A stretch of 63,791 nucleotides of DNA, filler included. It is 4 parts of 4 records of this genome, joined end to end, with 100 filler letters (N's around TTAATTAATTAA, not from the genome) between each part and the next. Parts side by side here need not be neighbours in the genome. Positions count along the whole stretch, not along the records: positions 1 to 19,373 come from SRR31147125_12191; 3 more parts are not named here. One strand, 5' to 3'. Positions 9,467 through 18,498 of this stretch are shown in pieces (position 1 is the first letter of the stretch; each line of letters begins with the position of its first letter). The notes below the pieces were generated by a model. The model was not told the origin of the DNA. It did not search any database and worked only from the letters and a program-made list of their open reading frames with translations. The translations under genes and the position numbers were made by a program.

Positions 9467-10081
9467 TTACCTCACATCACTTTGGAAAGCAATTGCTTTA
9501 CCAAGTATTTTTACGCTCTCTTCCCCTGATTTAAATATCAAAGGTTTATATGTTGGGTTTTCAGCAACTAGTGTAATACTTTCATCATGAATGTATACAC
9601 GTTTTAATGTAGCTTCATCTTCTATTAGAACTGCCGCTATCTCACCATCATTAACAATTGATTGTTTTCTTATAAATACAATATCTCCATCATTGATTCT
9701 AGCATTAATCATACTATCCCCTTGTACAGTTAGACAAAAATCAGCTTTTATATTTGCGCCTAACTCAACATAATACTCAAAGTTTTCTTCTGCTAATAAA
9801 GGTTCACCAGCTGCTATTGTACCTAGCATAGGTATTTTTTGAGTTTCAATTTGATAGATATTTGTTGGTTGTGATAATTCTTTTTCCCATCCCATAAGGT
9901 AAGCAGGAGTAGTTTGAAGCACTTTTGCAAGTGGCTCCAATATTGTAATAGGTAAATTTTCTATTTCGTCACTCTCATACCTATATATAGTTGCTCTGTT
10001 TTTATCGAGTTTTTTTGCCAAGTCATCGACTGATAAATCAAGAACTCTACGTCTATTTCTAATTCTATCACCAATAGTCAT
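9467..10081 (-). CDS. Phage repressor CI (XRE HTH + S24 LexA-type peptidase)
   Basis: N-terminal HTH, AG cleavage site (IAAGEP), GDSM Ser and ATLK Lys. Start at MTIGDRI with GAGAGG RBS. Confidence 0.92.
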   Translation of the reverse strand: MTIGDRIRNRRRVLDLSVDDLAKKLDKNRATIYRYESDEIENLPITILEPLAKVLQTTPAYLMGWEKELSQPTNIYQIETQKIPMLGTIAAGEPLLAEENFEYYVELGANIKADFCLTVQGDSMINARINDGDIVFIRKQSIVNDGEIAAVLIEDEATLKRVYIHDESITLVAENPTYKPLIFKSGEESVKILGKAIAFQSDVR

Positions 10082-10151
10082 ATATTTACACCTCTCTTGT
10101 TGCATATTATAACCTTAAATTCGCAAATGCGCAACAATAAACTACAAAAAA

Positions 10152-10228
10152 GTTGCATATGATGCAATTATGGTCTTGACATCTAAAAAGTGTAGTGCTA
10201 TCATTGAGTTAGTCGCATTGTATGCGAC
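10152..10228. promoter_or_regulatory. cI/cro switch: sigmaA-type rightward promoter flanked by 17-bp operator palindromes
   Basis: TTGACA(10176)-17 nt-TATCAT(10199) with extended-10 TG; operators GTTGCAT-ATG-ATGCAAT (10152) and GTCGCAT-TGT-ATGCGAC (10212). Confidence 0.75.
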
Positions 10229-10246
10229 GTGATGAAGGAGAATTTT

Positions 10247-10489
10247 ATGTTAAATACTAATAAGTTAAAAGGCAAAATTGTTGAAAAAGGTTTTAGCGTA
10301 GAAGAGTTAGCAAATAAAATGGGTATTAATAAATCCACTCTATATCGAAAGATTAATAACGAGTCATACAATCTTTCAATTAAAGAAGCTGACAAGATTG
10401 TTGAAACACTTGATTTGAACTTAGAAGAAGCAAATGCTATTTTTTTAGCCAGTTCGTCGCATGAAATGCGAATATTATATGTTTTTTAG
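10247..10489 (+). CDS. Cro-like HTH regulator
   Basis: Divergent from cI; HTH SVEELANKMGINKSTLYRKIN; AAGGAG RBS. Confidence 0.85.
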   Translation: MLNTNKLKGKIVEKGFSVEELANKMGINKSTLYRKINNESYNLSIKEADKIVETLDLNLEEANAIFLASSSHEMRILYVF

Positions 10490-10563
10490 AATATATAATA
10501 AGTGCGGTTGGATAGGGAAGTAAAACAAATGGCTAATGATAAAAAACCAAGGGAGAAAAAGTT

Positions 10564-10761
10564 ATGAGAAACAAAATATTTAAAAAGCGAATTGATGAGT
10601 TAGAAAAAAGAGTTTCCGCCCTTGAAAAAGAGCGGAAAGGATTAAACAATACATTTAAACTAGTTTGTAGAAATTTGAATATCCCCAATACTAATACCAA
10701 TGATCTGATCAAAGAACACAACAAGCTCTTGAAATCTAATATTATTCTGACTAGAGTTTAG
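10564..10761 (+). CDS. Small phage hypothetical protein (overlaps an opposite-strand gene)
   Basis: GGGAG RBS; coiled-coil start KRIDELEKRVSALE; 3' half overlaps 10660..11046(-). Confidence 0.4.
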   Translation: MRNKIFKKRIDELEKRVSALEKERKGLNNTFKLVCRNLNIPNTNTNDLIKEHNKLLKSNIILTRV

Positions 10762-11046
10762 TATTTGAACATTATTAAGAACCATGTATCCATCGTTTTC
10801 AGATGTAGGGTTCTCAATTTCAAACTCTTCGGAGTAAGCTTTTAAAACGCTGTAGGCAGTTAGTGACAATAAATTTTCATCAGTGAGTTCATCTTCTGCA
10901 GTATCATCAGTAACGTAAGAAGAAAAATCACCTTTAACAAGTCCTGCTGCAGTAACCAGTGTAATTGTACTTCCTTTAAAAGCTTCAAGTTTTGTTGCAT
11001 TGCTTAAACCTAAAATCATCAATTTTTTAAAAGATGGTTTAGACAT
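10660..11046 (-). CDS. Hypothetical protein, weakly GvpU-like; inverted cassette
   Basis: AAAGGAG RBS and own promoter motif; ITLVTAAGLVKG and DQIIGISIG resemble the GvpU family by eye. Confidence 0.6.
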   Translation of the reverse strand: MSKPSFKKLMILGLSNATKLEAFKGSTITLVTAAGLVKGDFSSYVTDDTAEDELTDENLLSLTAYSVLKAYSEEFEIENPTSENDGYMVLNNVQILNSSQNNIRFQELVVFFDQIIGISIGDIQISTN

Positions 11047-11149
11047 ATTTGCACTCTCCTTTCTTTTTTAATAGTTATTACCAAAATATAGTGTAACAGA
11101 TTGGGGAGTGCAGGGTCAAATAGAAGGAAAACCCAAAGGAGAAAAACAA

Positions 11150-11431
11150 ATGGCTGAATTAAAAAACAAATATATTACATCATATAAATTTGATGCTAAA
11201 ACTATGGCAGATGAAATTCCAGAAGAATTTGAAGCGGCAGCGAAATTGGTCGCAAAGATGAATGAAGGAGAATGGAGCACATTTAAAAGTGTTGTAGACA
11301 GAGTCTTTGAAGATATGGTCTCCAATTTTAAAAGTGACTTAGAAATCGGAGACCATGAACCAATCGTTAACCTAATCAAATCTGATTATATGTTTGACAC
11401 ACGAAGGCGTAAAAAAATAAATTCAGATTAA
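11150..11431 (+). CDS. Phage hypothetical protein
   Basis: AAAGGAG RBS before MAELKNK; in the early operon. Confidence 0.65.
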   Translation: MAELKNKYITSYKFDAKTMADEIPEEFEAAAKLVAKMNEGEWSTFKSVVDRVFEDMVSNFKSDLEIGDHEPIVNLIKSDYMFDTRRRKKINSD

Positions 11432-11643
11432 CCTCTAACAACTTGTATGTGGGATGGATGAACGGTATGAAGTTTACCTTCGTGAGTGATTTTATGACAA
11501 TGCACAAAATCATATTTTTCTGGATGATGCCATGAGTCGAGCTTATAGGCGATAAATTCATCAATTGGTTTGTCATCTATTTGTGAATCATAATCATCAA
11601 GCTTAGTCCATGTACCTAGCAAATTTACATATACTTGTTCCAT
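11428..11643 (-). CDS. Hypothetical protein; inverted cassette
   Basis: AAAGGAGG RBS and the same 17-bp upstream motif as 10660..11046. Confidence 0.65.
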   Translation of the reverse strand: MEQVYVNLLGTWTKLDDYDSQIDDKPIDEFIAYKLDSWHHPEKYDFVHCHKITHEGKLHTVHPSHIQVVRG

Positions 11644-11760
11644 TTAACACCCTCCTTTCTGAAATAGTATTTTCTGTCAAATATAGTGTAACAGAATTGA
11701 GGGTGCTAAACAACTATTCAAGGAGAGTGATATAAATTTTAAAGAAAGGGGGAAAGTGAT

Positions 11761-11964
11761 TTGGATAGCCCAAAAAAAGAAAAAATGCAAAGCATGTTTG
11801 ATAATCTCTCTGCACAGGCTCAAGCAAAAGTTATAGGAGATATGGCTGAAATTGAAGCCAAGGAAAAAAAGCAGATTGAAAGATTTACACATGCAATGGA
11901 AGCAGCTGGAGCTGATCCAGCTATGGTTGAAAAAACTGTAGAGTGTTACAAAACCGCATCTTAA
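11761..11964 (+). CDS. Phage hypothetical protein
   Basis: Purine-rich RBS region; early operon. Confidence 0.55.
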   Translation: MDSPKKEKMQSMFDNLSAQAQAKVIGDMAEIEAKEKKQIERFTHAMEAAGADPAMVEKTVECYKTAS

Positions 11965-11988
11965 TAGGTGCGGTTAGAAAGGAAAACC

Positions 11989-12258
11989 ATGAATATATTA
12001 TACATTCTTTATATAGCATCAATAGTTTTATCCGCGATTATGTGCATTGCTGGACTAGGTGCTATTGCTATAGAAGTTAAAATGAAAAAAGCCAAACAAG
12101 GCATAAAAGCCAAATTATTTAACCCAACTATTGTTCTGATAATACAATTTACTATATTGCTATTGATACCATTGATAAATTTATCGCTTGGATTTTTGGC
12201 TTTGTATTCGGAAAAGTTCAAAGAAGCAGCGATTGATGAAGCGTTGAATGGTAAGTAA
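11989..12258 (+). CDS. Small two-TM phage membrane protein
   Basis: AAAGGA RBS before MNILYIL; two hydrophobic segments. Confidence 0.6.
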   Translation: MNILYILYIASIVLSAIMCIAGLGAIAIEVKMKKAKQGIKAKLFNPTIVLIIQFTILLLIPLINLSLGFLALYSEKFKEAAIDEALNGK

Positions 12259-12302
12259 GTATACCGCAATTTCTAAATCGGTGCGGTTAGAAAGGTGATT
12301 GA

Positions 12303-12500
12303 ATGAAATTATATCATATTTATAACGGATGGGTTGGTTGTTCTGCTGTAAGAGTGTGCGTAATTGCCAAAAGTGAGCAGAGAGCAAAAGAACTAGCTTT
12401 AGAGAAGTTTGAAAAAAAAGAACCCATTGAAAAATTGGCTGTTGAATTATTGTGTGATGATGTATCGATGGAATGGGCGAGCGAAGAATTTGATGATTAA
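12303..12500 (+). CDS. Phage hypothetical protein
   Basis: AAAGGTG RBS; early operon. Confidence 0.6.
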   Translation: MKLYHIYNGWVGCSAVRVCVIAKSEQRAKELALEKFEKKEPIEKLAVELLCDDVSMEWASEEFDD

Positions 12501-12578
12501 TGAAAAACCCAAAAAGCAAAATGATTGATAAAAGAGAAATAAAAAGGTATCGAAATTATTAAACAAGGAGAAAAGATT

Positions 12579-12857
12579 ATGAAAGCAACTGGAATAGTAA
12601 GAAAAATAGATAGTTTAGGAAGGATTGTTCTGCCTAAAGAAACAAGAGATATTTTAAACATGAACGTTGGAGATCCTTTAGAAATCTACACAGATGAAAA
12701 TAGCATAATGCTTAAAAAGTATAAAGCTGGTTGTATCTTCTGTAATGAATGCAGTAATCTTGTAACTTTTAAAGGTCAAAAGATATGTGAAAAGTGTTTG
12801 ACTGATATAGAAGCTGTGAATATGTTTGAGGGGAAAAAACAAAAGAATTTGTATTAA
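12579..12857 (+). CDS. AbrB/SpoVT-family transition-state regulator
   Basis: MKATGIVRKIDSLGRIVLPKE with C-terminal CxxC...CxxC. Confidence 0.9.
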   Translation: MKATGIVRKIDSLGRIVLPKETRDILNMNVGDPLEIYTDENSIMLKKYKAGCIFCNECSNLVTFKGQKICEKCLTDIEAVNMFEGKKQKNLY

Positions 12858-12874
12858 AGATTTGAGGTTAAAGG

Positions 12875-13066
12875 ATGAAGATATCTAAAAGTAAAGCAAA
12901 AGGTATTTTGGAATTTGCAGTATCTACGTTACCAGAAAAAAAGGATGAAGCAAACAAATTGCTTGAAGCAGCAATACTCACAGCTATTTCAAGCTTGAAT
13001 AAAAGTATACAGATTGAAAAAGCTATTGATTCTTTTTTCGAAAAAATAAGCCGAGGTAAAGAATGA
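12875..13066 (+). CDS. Phage hypothetical protein
   Basis: Operon position; stop overlaps the next start (ATGA). Confidence 0.5.
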   Translation: MKISKSKAKGILEFAVSTLPEKKDEANKLLEAAILTAISSLNKSIQIEKAIDSFFEKISRGKE

Positions 13067-13230
13067 AACTATATCAGATATACAGCAAAGACGGATTACC
13101 AGTTACACAATTCAAAAATTCAGCTTTAGCAGCAAAGTTTGTAGGGTTAACGCTTGGATCATTCTATTGTGCAGTTACTAGGGGGAGCACAACCAGGAGC
13201 GGATACTCAGTAGCAAAAGTTGAAATATAA
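13063..13230 (+). CDS. 55-aa phage protein, NUMOD1/HTH-like (absent from ORF track)
   Basis: MKLYQIYSKDGLPVTQFKNSALAAKFVGLTLGSFYCAV...; GAGG RBS; ATGA coupling. Confidence 0.55.
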   Translation: MKLYQIYSKDGLPVTQFKNSALAAKFVGLTLGSFYCAVTRGSTTRSGYSVAKVEI

Positions 13231-13382
13231 CTGTTCAGATACATTCTTATAAAACGGAATGTATCTAATCGGTTATACAGCCATGATAATTGATTAAAAA
13301 CCGCAATATCATCAAATTTACTCTAATGGATAAATGATTCATCATCTAGCGTTTTGCGGTTGCGCTGGATGATGAGATAAAG

Positions 13383-13691
13383 GTGAAGCGAAAGGAACAT
13401 AAAGCGATGGCTATCTATGCAATTGAAGATATTACAAAAATATTCACTCATGACGGCAGGTTCGAATTGATATCTGTTAGTGACTATATGGAGCGCAATC
13501 CATCTGTTGGACGTAGTCGAGTAATGGACATGATTAAACGTGGTGTTCTGGAAATAGATAGAACAGAAGGTGGGGGCAAAATCTTAATCAAAGTTGAACG
13601 TATGCAATTAACACAAGAAGTACTGAATAATCAAAAAAAGATTATGGATATGCTGAATGCAATATCTGAAAGGTTTGGTATTGAATATTGA
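13383..13691 (+). CDS. Putative DNA-binding (excisionase-like HTH) protein
   Basis: ISVSDYMERNPSVGRSRVMDMIKRG resembles a MerR/Xis winged HTH. Confidence 0.5.
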   Translation: MKRKEHKAMAIYAIEDITKIFTHDGRFELISVSDYMERNPSVGRSRVMDMIKRGVLEIDRTEGGGKILIKVERMQLTQEVLNNQKKIMDMLNAISERFGIEY

Positions 13692-13951
13692 ATAGAAAAG
13701 AATTATTAAAAGCACTAAACATTCTGGATAAGCAATTAAAAGAGAATGTAAAAAACTATTCTCATATGAGCTATTTTGAAAACATACCAGAACCAAAACA
13801 AATATTTTTTAGGAAGAGACAGATCCTTTTTATAGTAACCACAAATAAAAAGCTAATCCAGTTTAATATAACAGATCTAAACAAAGCCGAGATTGCAAAT
13901 TTAATAGTTTCAAAACTTGATGGAGTTGGTAGATCTAAAAAAGGTGCTTGA
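13688..13951 (+). CDS. Phage hypothetical protein
   Basis: Overlap-coupled ORF in early operon. Confidence 0.5.
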   Translation: MNRKELLKALNILDKQLKENVKNYSHMSYFENIPEPKQIFFRKRQILFIVTTNKKLIQFNITDLNKAEIANLIVSKLDGVGRSKKGA

Positions 13952-14528
13952 TATGTACAGGCCTGTTATTGAGGTAAAAGGCGAAACTATCTTTGTTTTG
14001 CAAGCTATGAATACAAAGCTACATAAAACGGTTGTGCTGTTAGAACGTAAAGATGATTTGAAACTAAAATATATAGTCCTGGTGAAGTTTGACTTTGATA
14101 AAAAGACTGGTGAGAAACCGCAATATAGAAATAGCCTTGATAAAGCTATTACAACATATTATGAGCTTACGACCAATCAAGCAATGCTTCAAGGTATCTT
14201 TGATAATTTAAAAACATTGCCTGTGCCAGTAGAACCGGTTGTTTTTTCAGAAAAAGAGATTAAGGAGATTGAAGATATGAAAACACCAAAGGAAAAAGTA
14301 ATTGAAAAACTAATGAAATACGAATATGAAGTAATTGAAATTATGTCTTTTCATATTGGATATATGCAGTTTAAAAAATTAGATGCAACGGATGAACGCT
14401 CTAATCTGCCTGTATTATACATTGATGAAGATGGCGATGATTGCGAAGTAAAAGAAATCATTGAATTGTTGGAGCAGTACAATAATTTTTACGAAATGCA
14501 GGAAGGTAAAAAACTTAGGGTTAGTTAG
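13917..14528 (+). CDS. Phage hypothetical protein
   Basis: 203-codon ORF in operon; exact start uncertain. Confidence 0.6.
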   Translation: MMELVDLKKVLDMYRPVIEVKGETIFVLQAMNTKLHKTVVLLERKDDLKLKYIVLVKFDFDKKTGEKPQYRNSLDKAITTYYELTTNQAMLQGIFDNLKTLPVPVEPVVFSEKEIKEIEDMKTPKEKVIEKLMKYEYEVIEIMSFHIGYMQFKKLDATDERSNLPVLYIDEDGDDCEVKEIIELLEQYNNFYEMQEGKKLRVS

Positions 14529-14529
14529 T

Positions 14530-14886
14530 ATGGATGTTTATGCTCACTATGAATTTGATGAAGTCTTGCGATCATTACAATTTATGACTGATAGTCAATT
14601 TATATTAAAGTGGTGTGGGGATCTTGCACGAGAGTTAAAGCAACATACAAATTTTAACCCTCAATGGAATCACTTGAAGTGTATGCAGAGGGTAGAAAGG
14701 TCTAGGAGGTTTAGGAATATGACTTTGATTGAAAGAAAAATTGAAGGTGAAAAGTATTTTATCAGTCTAATTAGCAAGCAAATAAAAGAAGCAAAAAACC
14801 AAAGAAAAAAGAACAGGCTTTTAGAGATTCAAAAGGTATCAAAGGAGTATTTGGAAGATCTTAAAAGTTTGGCGGGTGTGCTCTAG
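14530..14886 (+). CDS. Phage hypothetical protein
   Basis: Start at MDVYAHY directly after the previous stop. Confidence 0.5.
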   Translation: MDVYAHYEFDEVLRSLQFMTDSQFILKWCGDLARELKQHTNFNPQWNHLKCMQRVERSRRFRNMTLIERKIEGEKYFISLISKQIKEAKNQRKKNRLLEIQKVSKEYLEDLKSLAGVL

Positions 14887-15268
14887 GGAGTAGCAGTTGT
14901 ATTTTGACCGGTCGGAGTTGGTTTTGATTTATCCATAACAGGATTAAGTAAAAAATTAGTTATTATCCAAAGTAATAATGAAACAATGATTGCTGTAAAA
15001 ATTGGTATAATCCAATTTTTCCTGTTCTCTCTCTTTATAGTATAAAGATAATTTTCACCTTTTGGAGTAGATTTAAGAAAAACAGTACTACCACTACCAT
15101 TAGGGTTTTGAACTACTTTAGTAATCAAATAGCCTTGGGTTACTAAAAAATGTGTTTTCTCAATAGTGCTTCCTTTGAATTTTTTTGCAAAGAAGCAGAG
15201 TTATATACTAATGGATTTCTGTAAATAAGCTTCAAAAGCTTCATAGATTTGTAGTGCAAGTATTCCAT
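14883..15268 (-). CDS. Inverted gene: small N-terminal domain plus C-terminal TM helix (frameshifted near 15180)
   Basis: AGGAG RBS and ATG at 15268 (MEYLHYKSMKLL...); continues into ORF 14883..15128 with TM WIIPIFTAIIVSLLLWII. Confidence 0.55.
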
Positions 15269-15367
15269 TTAAATCTCCTTAAAAGAATATGTAATGATTA
15301 TACTGCAATGATTAAAATATGGAAAGTGTTATTAAAAAAATAATGAGAATAAAGAAAGGATATAAAA

Positions 15368-15985
15368 ATGGAGAATAATGTTACACCGATAAACGATGAA
15401 CTCGGTGCGGTAGTAGATGGGGAAGAATCAAATGTAATTGTTATCGATGAATTTATCGAAGATCTTGAACCGTATGAACAAACTACAAATGAAGAAACCG
15501 CCTTGGAGGTTGTATCTACAGATCTTTCAGTTGTTGAAGAATCAAACTGTAATGAAGATGAATGCTCAAATATGGGGAACTGTAAGTTTTGCGATCAACA
15601 AATGATGCTTCCATATGATTCGGATGATAAAGAACAACGCGACGAAGCTGTAACGCTTAAATGTGCATGCGAACAAGCAAAAGAATATCAAGATCAAAAA
15701 CATCATGAAGAGGAACGAAAGGCAAACAGGACTTTAGTTGAACAGATGATAGATAAGCTGTTTGAGGATGAGGTTTTAGACTGTAATGATGATGAGGATC
15801 TTCTTTGCATAATAGAAGAAAAGATAAAATTCGTCAAAGACGTTACAACTGCAGTTGAATGCGAAGTTATCAACTCTGCTACGTTAGAAATCAATTCTGG
15901 ATTAAAAATAGTCATCAAAACCAATGCAAAAGGTAATTTGGTTATTGAGAGAAAAGATACAAAATCTAGAAAGATTGAGGTATAG
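15368..15985 (+). CDS. Phage hypothetical protein with Cys motifs
   Basis: AAAGGA RBS; acidic N-terminus; CKFC...CAC. Confidence 0.7.
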   Translation: MENNVTPINDELGAVVDGEESNVIVIDEFIEDLEPYEQTTNEETALEVVSTDLSVVEESNCNEDECSNMGNCKFCDQQMMLPYDSDDKEQRDEAVTLKCACEQAKEYQDQKHHEEERKANRTLVEQMIDKLFEDEVLDCNDDEDLLCIIEEKIKFVKDVTTAVECEVINSATLEINSGLKIVIKTNAKGNLVIERKDTKSRKIEV

Positions 15986-16159
15986 AAGTTTAAATGGGAT
16001 ATGTAATAAAAAGCGACGGAAGTTATTATACAGGATTGAGTGGACTTAGCAAATGGCATACGGATGTAAAATTTGCAAAAGTATACTATTGTAATCATCG
16101 GGCAGGATGTGCAAGAGCGAGACTAGGATGCGGATTTGTAGTGAGTTTGGAGGAACAAG

Positions 16160-16531
16160 ATGTCTAACCTAATCAATAAGATAATCAAATCAAAACTAAT
16201 AGATTCAAACAAAATATCAGACGGATATCACACATTCCATGAATTATATGAGCAAAGAGCATTGCTACTAGCTGCACTCTTGAATAAAGTGCAACATGAT
16301 ACTGGTTGTATTTGCACCAAAGCTAAAAAACATAGTGATGGAACAATGTTTGAAAATATGTTTCTAGTATATGCTGGGCTCCCATCTGGTGAAATTAGTT
16401 TTCATATTGAAATGAATTATTGGGATTTCTTTGGTATAGAAGAAGTTGAACATGCTAGACCTTGGAATGGTGATACTACTGATGATGTTATGCAGAACTT
16501 GATAGAGTTTTGTGCATGGCATAGTCATTAA
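16160..16531 (+). CDS. Phage protein of DGYHTFxELY / WDGH-like family
   Basis: DGYHTFHELY...WNGDT motifs; GGAGG RBS. Confidence 0.7.
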   Translation: MSNLINKIIKSKLIDSNKISDGYHTFHELYEQRALLLAALLNKVQHDTGCICTKAKKHSDGTMFENMFLVYAGLPSGEISFHIEMNYWDFFGIEEVEHARPWNGDTTDDVMQNLIEFCAWHSH

Positions 16532-16565
16532 TAATTTGAAAATAAAACAAATGGAGGTTTGAAAA

Positions 16566-16754
16566 ATGTTTGATATTAGCAAAATTAAAAAATCTAAACT
16601 TGAAGATCTAGTAGATAAGACTTTGAAAGTTGTTAAGTTTAGGAATGAAGAGGAAAGCATGACGTTGGTAATTGCGATAGATATAAATGATGGTTGCATC
16701 TATGTTTTGAGTATAAGAGCTTACACCAAAAGAAATGATGAAGTAGCAAAATAA
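16566..16754 (+). CDS. Phage hypothetical protein
   Basis: GGAGG RBS. Confidence 0.55.
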   Translation: MFDISKIKKSKLEDLVDKTLKVVKFRNEEESMTLVIAIDINDGCIYVLSIRAYTKRNDEVAK

Positions 16755-16780
16755 CATCTATATATAGAAGGAAACTTAAG

Positions 16781-17021
16781 CCCATGTTGCAAATCTTGCA
16801 GCATGGGTAAAAAAATACATTAATTTAATACAGAAAAATTTCTAAAAAAAGACCTTTATCGTCCTTGTAATAGGTATTAGGTTTAGAGCGAAAATATATA
16901 TAGTAATTAATATATAGTCTTTAACCATGTGTAGAATAACTTTGATATAGAACATTAATTGATTATTGTGGATAACTCTATATATCGGATTTCTGCAAAA
17001 TTTTTCTGTTTATGTTGATAA
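16781..17021. other. Putative phage replication origin region
   Basis: Hairpin CCCATGTTGCAA-ATC-TTGCAGCATGGG (16781-16807), AT-rich tract, perfect DnaA box TGTGGATAA (16967-16975) and a near-box (17013-17021), directly upstream of Rep. Confidence 0.45.
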
Positions 17022-17052
17022 CTTTTTTTGGCTGAATTATGGAGCGTATTCG

Positions 17053-17992
17053 ATGAAAAGAAAGAAAAAGATTTTCACAATTAAAAGTTCAGATTTACTA
17101 TATACAAAAAACATGGATACAGATCCGAATAATATTGACGTTAGCAAAGTTAAAGATATTGATGATTTTTTGGACAAGCTGGATGAAGAACGTCAAGCCA
17201 AGCATGATGCTTTAAAAGATGTGGATATTTCAAGATATAAAGTTATTGAGGTTAACGCTGGTGATCTTTTGGAAGTGGAAGCGTTTCCTATCTGGAAAAC
17301 ATCAAAAAAAGAATTGTAGAGGAAATCAAGAAAAGAGATCCAAAAGCTCAACAAGCAATAAACGAGAGAAATAAAAGAAAGCGCATAGTCAGACTTATAA
17401 ATTTAAATTTTCCTTCTGGAACATGGAACACTTTCGGATATATACCAGATGAACAGCCAGAATCAGAAGAAGAAGCAGAAAGCAATTTTAAAAACTTTAT
17501 GCGCAGGCTAAATTATCAAAGAAAAAACAAGGACTTCCAAACCTTAAGGCTATGTTTACAACAGAATACACGGTCAATAAATACGGTGAAATTAAATACC
17601 ATCATCACATGATAACAGACATATGTGATATGGATTTGTTAGAAAATACTTGGGGCTTTAATGGCAGAAATACACTAAGAGTATTAAAACCAGATGATTA
17701 TGGTCTTACTGGTGTTGCAATATATATAACCAAACAACATAGTGGCAGAAAGAAAAGCTATTCATGCACTAGGAATTTAGAACAGCCCAAAATTGTAGTA
17801 ATCAATAAAAAGAAAGGGCTTGGGAAAAGAAAGGTTGCAGATATAGCAAAAGTACAATCAACGGCAAAAGAAGAATTTGAAAAACTATATCCAGATCATG
17901 TGTTCTTGGATATTGATGTTAAATACAGCGATCATGTAAGTGGTTGCTACATGTATGTGAGGATGAAAAAAATAAAAAACAGGAGGTGTTGA
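17053..17992 (+). CDS. HUH-type (rolling-circle-related) replication protein, split by indels near 17310 and 17525
   Basis: Reconstructed across frames: motif I WNTFGY, motif II YHHHMI, motif III AIYITKQ; GGAG RBS at 17041. Confidence 0.7.
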
Positions 17993-17994
17993 GG

Positions 17995-18498
17995 TTGAAG
18001 TTTGAGAGAATGACTGCGGAGGAGTATAAACAGTCAATCATAGTGAATGAAGCAGCAGAACAGAGAAAAGTTATTAGATGGGCTTCTAATGAAAAAGATA
18101 ATATGCCAAGGCTTGATATGCTTGTTCATATTCCTAACGAGGGTAAAAGGTCGACTAAAACAGGATCAAACCTTAAACAGATGGGATTGAAAGCAGGGTT
18201 TCCAGATCTTATGCTTCCAATAGCTTGCGGTGGCTTTTCTGGCTTATACATTGAAATGAAAATACCAAAGGAAAAACTTAGTGATGCACAAGATATATGG
18301 GCTGGAAAGCTAAATGTTTATAGTAATTTATCTGTTGGTGCAATTGGAGCAGAGCAAGCACAGGAAATAATTGAACTTTATCTTGCTGGCCAGCTTATAA
18401 AAGATAATCATTTTGAAATATTAAGTAAATACTTAAAGCCTTGTATGAGGGTTAAGAGTTGGGATAAATATTTTGGAGGTAAGGCAGTTGGATTATAA
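17995..18498 (+). CDS. VRR-NUC domain nuclease
   Basis: HIPNEGKR...GLKAGFPDL...GLYIEMK; AGGAGG RBS. Confidence 0.85.
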   Translation: MKFERMTAEEYKQSIIVNEAAEQRKVIRWASNEKDNMPRLDMLVHIPNEGKRSTKTGSNLKQMGLKAGFPDLMLPIACGGFSGLYIEMKIPKEKLSDAQDIWAGKLNVYSNLSVGAIGAEQAQEIIELYLAGQLIKDNHFEILSKYLKPCMRVKSWDKYFGGKAVGL

